A stretch of DNA of 51,771 nt. Origin: a candidate division WOR-3 bacterium. Its GTDB lineage: Bacteria; Hydrothermota; Tepidihabitantia; SM23-42. This document shows, piece after piece, positions 43,922-51,362 of the stretch. A program made the translations under genes and the position numbers. Below the pieces are notes generated by a model. That model did no database searches and was not told the origin of the DNA. It saw only the letters and a program-made list of their open reading frames with translations. Numbering within the stretch: the stretch's first letter is position 1; every line of letters starts with the position of its first letter. The stretch covers positions 1-51,771 of the forward strand of contig JACUUY010000002.1 in the NCBI GenBank assembly GCA_014859085.1. The letters are read 5' to 3'.

Positions 43922-44403
43922 CCGCACGGGCGAAAATACTGATCGTATATGATTCGTTCTTCGGCAACACGGAGAAGGTCGCGCGCGCCATGCGCGATGG
44001 ACTTGCAACAGAGGGGGATGCATCGGTCTGCCGCGTGAATGACGTGAAACCTGAGCAACTCGCTGGATTGGACGTGCTGCTCGTTGGCTCGCCGACGCGG
44101 GCCTTCAGGCCGACCAAGGCGACAATGGATCTCTTGAATGCCCTCCCGGGGAGTGGCCTCAAGGGTGTCAGAGTGGCGGCCTTCGATACCAGGATCGCGC
44201 CGGAAGATGTGAAACCGCGTTTGCTGAGGTGGATGGTGAAACTCTTCGGCTACGCGTCAGAACCCATCTCGAAGCGGCTCGTGAAGAAGGGTGGCGAACT
44301 TGCCCTGACACCCGAGGGATTCTGCGTGATGGATTCAGAAGGTCCGCTCAAGGATGGCGAACTCGAGCGGGCCGCGGCGTGGGCCCGGTCTGCGATGAAA
44401 TGA
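43918..44403 (+). CDS. Flavodoxin-family protein
   Basis: The sequence is KILIVYDSFFGNTEKVARAM...VLLVGSPT...AAFDT. I chose the ATG at 43918; the 43726 extension is out of character for the family. Confidence 0.85.
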   Translation: MTARAKILIVYDSFFGNTEKVARAMRDGLATEGDASVCRVNDVKPEQLAGLDVLLVGSPTRAFRPTKATMDLLNALPGSGLKGVRVAAFDTRIAPEDVKPRLLRWMVKLFGYASEPISKRLVKKGGELALTPEGFCVMDSEGPLKDGELERAAAWARSAMK

Positions 44404-44442
44404 ACGCGACCGCCGAATGTATTTAGACGGCGCGGATTTGTG

Positions 44443-44479
44443 AAAAAAGGGGACGGATGTACCGTCCCCTTCCTTTGTT
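44443..44479. terminator. Bidirectional intrinsic terminator between convergent genes
   Basis: The sequence is AAAAAA-GGGGACGG-atgta-CCGTCCCC-TTCCTTTGTT. The stem is 8 bp and GC-rich, with a 5-nt loop, an A-tract on one side and a T-rich tract on the other. Confidence 0.6.
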
Positions 44480-44499
44480 AGATTACCCTGTTCCTCAGG

Positions 44500-46998
44500 T
44501 TAAGCCAGCGCCTTCCAGATCATCTGCTGCAAGCCCATGACATTGATCTTGCCGCCGCCGTTGTCGGCGGCAGCGGTTGCCGCGTTCTTAAGCACCTGCT
44601 CGCAGGTAGCGCAGGCCGTCACGATCGTATCGACTTTCGTCTTCAGCGCTTCCTGGACGCGATTGGCCGCGATGCGGTTCGAGAGCTGATTGTCCGAGAC
44701 GAGGATACCGCCGCCGCCGCCGCAGCAGCGCGACGTGTTGTTCTTGTACTTCATCTCGACAAGCTCGAGGCCGATCTGCTTTATGATCTCCCTCGGTTCT
44801 TTCGTGATCTTGGCGCCCCGTGACAGGTCGCATGGATCGTGGTAGGTCACCTTGCCGGTCAGTTTCTTTATCTTGGCCGCCGGTAGTTTCTCGGCGATCA
44901 CCTGCATCGCGTGCTTTGCCTTTATTTTGTACGCTTCATTCAGGTAGACGGTACACGTCGGGCAGAGCGTGATCGCGGTGTCGTACGGGAAGAGTTCCTT
45001 GAATTTCCTCTTGTGTTCTTCAAAATCCTTGACAAAGCCGAGCGCTTCCATTGGATAGCCGCAGCACACTTCCTTAACGACCTTGGGCTTGATACCGATC
45101 TTCTCGAACAGCTTCAAGTACATCTTGGTCTGGTTGGGCCGGGCGAGGAACTGACAGCCGACAAAGACCGGTGTCTCTCCTTCCTGCAGCGGCGCCATCA
45201 CTTCGGTGTCGGCGAAAATATTGCCGGTTTTCTTGATATTGTCGATGAATGCCTTATGGCTGTCGTAGGCGAATCCGGCCTCAACAAGATCGGCGCGGGC
45301 AGCACGTACGATGTCCGGCACCTTGACCTTCGAAGGACAGCGGCGGTTGCAGTCGCGGCAAAGCGTGCACTGGTAGAGGGCACTGACGACCGAATCATCG
45401 ATCTCGAGTTCTTTTTCGAGCATACCGTAGGACAGAACGACGCGTCCCCGGCTCGAGGGAGGATCCCAGAGCAGATCGGTGAAAGTGGGGCAGACGTTCT
45501 TGCAGTAACCGCACATCGTGCAGGTCATCATTTCGTTTTCCCACTTTGCCAGGTGGCCTTCGAGTTTCCGTTTCGGATCGGTCGGATACCGCAATTCATG
45601 GACAAAATCGTCTTCCCACTGCCATAGTTTGTGCGGGTTCATGATATTGTTCGGGTCGAGCGCTTCCTTGATCACTTTCATCATCGGGATCGCGGTCTTC
45701 CTTTCGCGTATGAAATCGGGCGCCTTGGTCATGCCGATGCCGTGTTCGCCCGTTGTCGTGCCGCCCAGGGCATGTATCAGCTCGTAGATCTCCTTGACCG
45801 CGCTCTTTGCCTGTTTCCAGTGTTCGGGATTAGCTGCGTTCATCAAAACCTTCGTGTGCAAATTGCCGTCACCGACGTGTCCGTAGGGCGGTATTATTAG
45901 ATCGTACTTCTCGGATATCGCCCAGATACCGGCGACCGCTTTGGGGATCTTGGAAATAGGCACGGCCATATCGTCCGCGAGCATCGTTGTCGTGTATTCT
46001 TCCTTGAGCAGGCTCAAGGAGGGCAGCATCTGTTTCCGCGCCTTCCACAATTCGGTTATGCGTTTCTCGTCTTCCGTGAAATCGACTTTGATCGCGCCGG
46101 TCTGTCTGCAGATTTCGCCGACGATCTCGATATCCCTCTTCACGACTTCGGGCGCACCGTCCAGTTCGATCAACAGCATGCCGGCAACCTCAGGTAGGCC
46201 CATGTTGGTCGCTTTGTTGACCGCTCTGATGCACGGTTCGGACATTATCTCGAGTTCGGATGGGATCAGCGGTTTCGCAATGATATTGGCGACGCATTGT
46301 CCGGCTTTTTCCAGGTCGTCGAACGCCGCAACGCAAGCCGCGATCTTTGCCGGTTTGGGGGCGATACGGATATTCGCTTCGGTAATGATGCCGAGCGTGC
46401 CTTCAGACCCGACCAGCAACCTTTCAAGCTGGTAGCCGCTCGAATGCTTGATCGTATTGGTGCCGGTCCTTACTATCTCGCCGGTCGGCGTGACGACCTC
46501 AAGTCCCATCACGTAATCGCGTGTTGCGCCGTATTTCACAGCTTTGCCGCCTGACGCGTTGAGCGCGACCATGCCGCCGACGGTCGCGACTTCACTCGAA
46601 GCCGGTCCGGGAAAAAAGAACTTATAAGGTGCGAGTGCGGCATTGAAGTCATCGCACACGACACCCGGCTCAACGACACAGTAGAGATCGCTAACGCGGA
46701 CATCTCTTATCTTATTCATCCGCTGCATGTCGACAACAACGCCGCTGTCAATGGGCACCGCCGCGCCGCAGAGTCCTGAACCGGCACCGCGCGGCACGAG
46801 CGGTATTTTGTGCCTGTTTGCGAGCTGCACGATCTGCTGGACTTGTTTTGTATTCTGAGGTTGGACCACAACGTCCGGCTTCTTGCGATGGATGCCGCCA
46901 TCGAACGCATAGACATACAGTTCGGCATTGTTCGTCCCGCAATATTCATTACCAACGATATCACGCAATTGCTCGATTATTTCTTTCTTGACTGGCAT
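44500..46998 (-). CDS. Fusion protein: GlcD-like FAD-linked 2-hydroxyacid dehydrogenase + 2x[4Fe-4S] + two CCG domains (GlcF/HdrD-like)
   Basis: The FAD domain shows IPLVPRGAGSGLCGAAVP and the oxidase C-domain shows YGHVGDGNLH and TTGEHGIGM. The ferredoxin motifs are CTMCGYCKNVCP and CTLCRDCNRRCP. The CCG motifs are FVGCQF...EVCCGYP and YHDPCDL...SRCCGGGGG. Confidence 0.92.
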   Translation of the reverse strand: MPVKKEIIEQLRDIVGNEYCGTNNAELYVYAFDGGIHRKKPDVVVQPQNTKQVQQIVQLANRHKIPLVPRGAGSGLCGAAVPIDSGVVVDMQRMNKIRDVRVSDLYCVVEPGVVCDDFNAALAPYKFFFPGPASSEVATVGGMVALNASGGKAVKYGATRDYVMGLEVVTPTGEIVRTGTNTIKHSSGYQLERLLVGSEGTLGIITEANIRIAPKPAKIAACVAAFDDLEKAGQCVANIIAKPLIPSELEIMSEPCIRAVNKATNMGLPEVAGMLLIELDGAPEVVKRDIEIVGEICRQTGAIKVDFTEDEKRITELWKARKQMLPSLSLLKEEYTTTMLADDMAVPISKIPKAVAGIWAISEKYDLIIPPYGHVGDGNLHTKVLMNAANPEHWKQAKSAVKEIYELIHALGGTTTGEHGIGMTKAPDFIRERKTAIPMMKVIKEALDPNNIMNPHKLWQWEDDFVHELRYPTDPKRKLEGHLAKWENEMMTCTMCGYCKNVCPTFTDLLWDPPSSRGRVVLSYGMLEKELEIDDSVVSALYQCTLCRDCNRRCPSKVKVPDIVRAARADLVEAGFAYDSHKAFIDNIKKTGNIFADTEVMAPLQEGETPVFVGCQFLARPNQTKMYLKLFEKIGIKPKVVKEVCCGYPMEALGFVKDFEEHKRKFKELFPYDTAITLCPTCTVYLNEAYKIKAKHAMQVIAEKLPAAKIKKLTGKVTYHDPCDLSRGAKITKEPREIIKQIGLELVEMKYKNNTSRCCGGGGGILVSDNQLSNRIAANRVQEALKTKVDTIVTACATCEQVLKNAATAAADNGGGKINVMGLQQMIWKALA

Positions 46999-47158
46999 TT
47001 AACCCCCTTGATCTGTAACCCTCATGTCGCCCGTTCGTCCGCTCCTGCGCGGTGCCGGGATCTGTTCAGAAAAACAGTCTTGCTTGATCGTTCTTTCTTG
47101 GTACATTAACTTGACTGAAATTACCTGCCCGGGTGGGCAGCAGATGTTACTCCTGCTG

Positions 47159-47593
47159 TCAACCGCCTTTCTTCGCTTTGTCAACGTGGTCCTGAATAAA
47201 TTTCTGCAGCGCATCCGGACCGTGCGCAAGATTTTTCGACTCTTCATCGAGATTCGAAGGCTTGACTTTCATTATCCACCCGCCGCCGTAGGGGTCGCTG
47301 TTGATCAACCGGCAGTCATTCTCGAGTTCGCCGTTCACTTCGATGATCTCTCCCGAGATCGGAGAGACGAATTTGCCGACCCATTTCGAGGATTGGATCT
47401 TACCGCAGGTTTCACCCTGGCTCACCGAGTCGCCTTCGAACGGCAGGTCGACATATGTCGTATCGCCGGCCTGTTTCTGGTAGAAATCGTCCATGCCAAC
47501 ACGCACCGTGCCATCGTCTTCGACCTTAAGCCATGTGTTCTCATCGTGATAATATAGATCTTCGGGCATATTGTATCCCTGGATTTCCATCAT
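47159..47593 (-). CDS. GcvH-like lipoyl-carrier protein (no other glycine-cleavage genes nearby)
   Basis: By-eye alignment to GcvH matches VDLPFEGDSVSQGETCGKIQSSKWVGKFVSPISGEIIEVN to VDLPEVG...[25 protein letters not shown], with the lipoyl-Lys position conserved, and also PYGGGWIMKVK. I prefer the ATG at 47593 (AAAGGAGG 1 nt upstream; 4 nt to the adjacent in-frame ATG at 47590) over the GTG at 47608. Confidence 0.85.
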   Translation of the reverse strand: MMEIQGYNMPEDLYYHDENTWLKVEDDGTVRVGMDDFYQKQAGDTTYVDLPFEGDSVSQGETCGKIQSSKWVGKFVSPISGEIIEVNGELENDCRLINSDPYGGGWIMKVKPSNLDEESKNLAHGPDALQKFIQDHVDKAKKGG

Positions 47594-47700
47594 GCCTCCT
47601 TTCAGCACGTCAACGCGCGCACTGCACGTATCCGGATCATAAAAATGTTATCTAAGAAAAATTTCCATTTAAATCAATGCCTTGTACTTTTAACTTCAAT

Positions 47701-47728
47701 AGTATACTTATCCCGCGCGCAAAGTCAA
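47701..47728 (-). promoter_or_regulatory. Sigma70-type promoter TTGACT-16-TATACT for the gcvH-like gene
   Basis: The minus strand reads TTGACT ttgcgcgcgggataag TATACT. This implies a ~100-nt AT-rich leader. Confidence 0.55.
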
Positions 47729-47780
47729 TAGACGCCCATGCACGCCGATCTACGGGTGGTTGGTAGTATGCGCATGCCGG

Positions 47781-49163
47781 CTATTGCTCGGTATATATGT
47801 ATGCCAGCGGGTTCTCGATCTCCTCGCCGGTTTCCGTTCTCCTCAATTGCGTGACCGGCGTCAATCTTCCCCAGCGGCTGGAGTAAACGAATTTCCTCGG
47901 CCGGTAAACGAGCGTTTTCCTCAGTTTGGGCACAGTCAGCGCGGCATTCATGAGGAAGAGGATCTTTTCTTCGCCTTTTTCGGCAATGGCGGCATCGAGG
48001 GCTTCCTGCAATCGGTTGAAGGGCCGGATGAAAATGCTCTCCATGAGCGGGTGGTCGAGGCTGGTTACCGCCCACATTTTCGCCCACCGCGCGATCTCGG
48101 CCATTTTGGCTGCTTTGTGATAGCCGAGCTTGAATTCCTTGTCGATCTTGTCGAGCGTTTCCTGGGGTGTGCGGCAGCTGCTCAGGAGTTTGACAAAGGT
48201 ATCACTGCCCACGCCCATCCGGCATTTAGAGACGAGGATTATTATCCCGTTTTCATTGAGGGCGAGTTTGCCATTATCCAGCGCTTTCTGCGATTGATAG
48301 AGATCTATATCCATCGGGTACGGAGTAACCGCCACCACGATATCCGCCTTTTCTTTGATTTCCACAGAGAACACGCGGTGCGCCCGGCTGATCGCCGATT
48401 TGAGGGATTCAGTTATGTCGCCGGCCGTTGCCGCGTAGATCCGGTCGTGGCGGTCGAGTACGGTCATGATCGCGAAGATCTCCTTGTCTTTGATGGTCGT
48501 GATCGCGTCTTCCATGTCTTCGTGAACTGGATTGCCTTCAAGACTCAGCGCCCGGGCGCTGGATTGCAATGCCAGCTTGTGATTCTGCTCTATCGTCCTA
48601 TAGGCAGCCACGCCCGGCAGAAAAGATTTTCTGCCGCCGGTATATCCGGCAAAATAGTGCGGTTCCACCGAGCCGATGATGACAATCTTATGCGCCTCGA
48701 CCGCCATTTTGTTGACATACATCTCGGTCCCGTTCTTCGATGTTCCGAGGTAGACCATGTCCTCGTCTTTCGTGGAATCATGGGCGAATATCCTGTCTTT
48801 CAATTCAACGTAGAGGCCGCCGAAGATCTCCGCGTACTCCTCGGCCGTCGGTGCCCGGTGCATGCCCGTGGCAATGAGAAATTTGACATCCTTGTCTGCG
48901 ATTTGGGGATGGAGCATCTGCAGAACTTTGGCCGTCGGCGTCGGACGCGTGGCGTCATTTATCAGGAAAAGGAGGTTCTTTGCATCGCCGATGAATTGCT
49001 CGAACGTCTTGGACTCGATCGGGTTCTGCAGGGCTTGCCGCAGCGTGATTTCTTCATCACCGGTTGCGACGTCATTAGGATGGATGATCTCGCCGACATT
49101 ACGTTCATCCAGATAGACGAATACGTTCTCACGCCCGTACGGTATGGCAATCCTCAGCTTCAT
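47781..49163 (-). CDS. LarA-like nickel-pincer-dependent 2-hydroxyacid racemase/epimerase family protein (DUF2088)
   Basis: The sequence shows LFLINDATRPTP and IIGSVEPHYFAGYTGGRKSFLPGVAAYRTIEQNH (the GGRK Lys and the NH His positions of LarA). The size is 460 aa. Confidence 0.85.
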   Translation of the reverse strand: MKLRIAIPYGRENVFVYLDERNVGEIIHPNDVATGDEEITLRQALQNPIESKTFEQFIGDAKNLLFLINDATRPTPTAKVLQMLHPQIADKDVKFLIATGMHRAPTAEEYAEIFGGLYVELKDRIFAHDSTKDEDMVYLGTSKNGTEMYVNKMAVEAHKIVIIGSVEPHYFAGYTGGRKSFLPGVAAYRTIEQNHKLALQSSARALSLEGNPVHEDMEDAITTIKDKEIFAIMTVLDRHDRIYAATAGDITESLKSAISRAHRVFSVEIKEKADIVVAVTPYPMDIDLYQSQKALDNGKLALNENGIIILVSKCRMGVGSDTFVKLLSSCRTPQETLDKIDKEFKLGYHKAAKMAEIARWAKMWAVTSLDHPLMESIFIRPFNRLQEALDAAIAEKGEEKILFLMNAALTVPKLRKTLVYRPRKFVYSSRWGRLTPVTQLRRTETGEEIENPLAYIYTEQ

Positions 49164-49214
49164 GTTATCTCAAAGCATCAAATCGATCGCGTCCCTTCGT
49201 CGCTGGCCGGGCAG

Positions 49215-50150
49215 CTAGATCACTCCGGCACTCTCCAGCTGCTCGATGACGGTCTTCACGGCCGCCGCGGAGGTGTGCAGTGCTTCCAATTCCTCCGGAA
49301 TGAGCTCGAGTTCGATTATTTTCTCGACGCCGTTCTTACCGAGCAAAACCGGCACGCCGACGAATATCCCATCGATGCCGTATTCGCCTCTCAGATAAGT
49401 AGAGCAGGGGAGGATCCGCCTTTTGTCGCGGATGATGCATTCGACCATCTTGGCTACCGAGGCGGCCGGCGCATAGTAAGCACTGCCGGTCTTGAGGTAG
49501 GAAACGATCTCGGCGCCGCCCTTTCGGGTTCTTTCGATTATCTTGTCGATATCGTCTCTGGTCATCAACTCGGTGATCGGGATGCCGGCGACGGTCGAAT
49601 ACCTCGGCAGCGGGACCATGGAATCGCCGTGCCCGCCCAGCACCATGGCCGTTGTGTCGATGACCGAGACGCCCAACTTCTGCGCAACAAAATAGCGGAA
49701 TCTTATCGAATCAAGGACGCCGGCCATGCCGATCACCTTCTTGATCGCGAAGCCGGTCGTTTTCAGCGCCAGGTAGGTCATGACGTCAAGCGGATTCGTC
49801 ACCATGATAATTATCGAGTTGGGTGCATATTCGGCAGTCTTCTCCGAGACCGATTTTATTACCTTTGCGTTAGTGCTCAGGAGGTCGTCACGCGACATTC
49901 CGGGCTGCCGGGCAATACCGGCGGTAATGACGACGATCTCCGAATCAGCGAGGCACGAAAAATCGGTCGTGCCACGCAGTTCGACGTCGTAGCGCCTGAT
50001 CGGCGCTCCTTCTTCTGCATCAAGCGCCTTGCCCTCTGGAAGTCCTTGCACAACATCGATCAGATAGACATCCGCGATTTTGTGTTCGGCCAGGTATAGC
50101 GCAACAGTACTGCCGACATTACCGGCACCGATGATACTGACCTTTTTCAT
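49215..50150 (-). CDS. mdh: Malate dehydrogenase (LDH-like MDH family)
   Basis: The sequence shows KKVSIIGAGNVG, GIARQPGMSRDDL (Arg at the LDH Gln102 position), VTNPLD, GVLDSIRFR and LGGHGDSMVPL. Confidence 0.9.
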   Translation of the reverse strand: MKKVSIIGAGNVGSTVALYLAEHKIADVYLIDVVQGLPEGKALDAEEGAPIRRYDVELRGTTDFSCLADSEIVVITAGIARQPGMSRDDLLSTNAKVIKSVSEKTAEYAPNSIIIMVTNPLDVMTYLALKTTGFAIKKVIGMAGVLDSIRFRYFVAQKLGVSVIDTTAMVLGGHGDSMVPLPRYSTVAGIPITELMTRDDIDKIIERTRKGGAEIVSYLKTGSAYYAPAASVAKMVECIIRDKRRILPCSTYLRGEYGIDGIFVGVPVLLGKNGVEKIIELELIPEELEALHTSAAAVKTVIEQLESAGVI

Positions 50151-50164
50151 ATGTGATCCTCCTC

Positions 50165-51088
50165 TTAGAGTTCTAAAGTGTCCACGGCGTTCTTGATGAC
50201 GGTAATTGATTCCTCGAATTCGTGTCGCTCTTCGATCGTCAATGTCAATTCTATTATCTTCTCCACGCCGCCGGCACCGATGATCGCCGGTACGCCCAGG
50301 CAGAGATCTCTCACGTCATACTCACCCTGGAGGCAGGCTGAGACGCACAACACCCGCTTTGCATCCTTGATGATCGCCTCCGCAATCTCGGCGATCGCCG
50401 CGGCCGGTGCATAATGGGCAGTTGCGGTCTTGAGGTGTGAAAGGATCTCCGTCCCTGCGGTCCTGGTTCGCTTGATCAATTTGTCGATCCTTTCCGGAGG
50501 CAGCAATTGAGTAATGGGTATCCCTTCGACGCTGGCATACCGTGGGATCACGACCATGAAATCATGATGCCCGCCAATGACGACCGCGGTCGTATTCGCA
50601 GTCGAGACCTGCAGTTCCTTGGAGATGAATTCACGCAGCCTCGACGTGTCCAGGACGCCGGTCATGCCGATGATCTTCTTCGGGTCGAATTCACCCTTCT
50701 TCCAGAGGTAGCAGGTCAGGGCATCAACCGGCTCAGTTACGTTTATGATTATCGCTTCGGGCGCGTATTGTTTGATCTGGAGAATGAGCGGGTCCATTAC
50801 CCTGGCATTTGTTTCCAGGAGGTCGAGCCGGGACATCTGTGGCTTCCTTACGTGGCCGGCAGTTATGATCACTACTTCTGACCCGGCGATATCCTCCATG
50901 TTGTCTGAACCGTCGATCTTTGCGTCGTAGTACCTGACCGGTGCAGCTTCCATCAGGTCGAGGGCATTGCCTTTGGCCCTGCCTTCCACGACATCGACGA
51001 GCATAACATCGGCAAAGTTCTTTTCTCCGATGTAGAAGGCAGCGTTCGCACCAACATTGCCCGCGCCGATAATGCTTACCTTTTTCAT
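50165..51088 (-). CDS. Divergent MDH/LDH-family 2-hydroxyacid dehydrogenase (tandem paralog)
   Basis: It has the same fold signature (KKVSIIGAGNVG, HVRKPQMSRLDL, GVLDTSRLR) but altered conserved blocks: VTEPVD instead of NPxD, and IGGHHDFMVVI instead of GGHGDxMVP. SD GAGGAGG precedes the start. Confidence 0.85.
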   Translation of the reverse strand: MKKVSIIGAGNVGANAAFYIGEKNFADVMLVDVVEGRAKGNALDLMEAAPVRYYDAKIDGSDNMEDIAGSEVVIITAGHVRKPQMSRLDLLETNARVMDPLILQIKQYAPEAIIINVTEPVDALTCYLWKKGEFDPKKIIGMTGVLDTSRLREFISKELQVSTANTTAVVIGGHHDFMVVIPRYASVEGIPITQLLPPERIDKLIKRTRTAGTEILSHLKTATAHYAPAAAIAEIAEAIIKDAKRVLCVSACLQGEYDVRDLCLGVPAIIGAGGVEKIIELTLTIEERHEFEESITVIKNAVDTLEL

Positions 51089-51262
51089 AGACTGTGCCTC
51101 CCCTTTTTTGTCAGCCCTCGCTTTGAGTCAATTCGAGGAATGCTTGATAGTTTGGATTTTCTCGTCACGCAGCAGAATCCGTCACGCCCATGGATCGAGG
51201 GAGAGAATTCATCCCCGAGATCAGGATTTCCTTCAAATTTGTTTCCTAACATTGCCTGTTTT

Positions 51263-51290
51263 ATTGTATTTATTTGCAGTCAAAAGTCAA
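51263..51290 (-). promoter_or_regulatory. Sigma70-type promoter TTGACT-16-TACAAT for the dehydrogenase operon (long leader)
   Basis: The minus strand reads TTGACT tttgactgcaaataaa TACAAT. It lies about 170 nt upstream of the ATG at 51088. Confidence 0.45.
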
Positions 51291-51327
51291 TATGGGCTTG
51301 GGTATTCTTGCCGGCCGCAGCGCTTGC

Positions 51328-51355
51328 TTGACAAATACGATTGAATGACTATAAT
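51328..51355 (+). promoter_or_regulatory. Perfect-consensus promoter TTGACA-16-TATAAT; downstream mRNA would be leaderless
   Basis: The sequence is TTGACA aatacgattgaatgac TATAAT aatatgg ATG. The -10 box is 7 nt from the ATG at 51363, and there is no SD. Confidence 0.55.
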
Positions 51356-51362
51356 AATATGG

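Noticed and set aside
47760-50099. A 779-codon plus-strand ORF spanning the LarA-like and MDH genes and the spacer between them.
   Set aside because: It lies exactly in the codon-aligned antisense register of both minus-strand genes (47760, 49161 and 50148 are all 0 mod 3). It therefore stays open simply because the sense genes avoid TTA, CTA and TCA codons. Its translation is R/D/H/G-rich with no motifs, whereas the sense proteins have clear family signatures.
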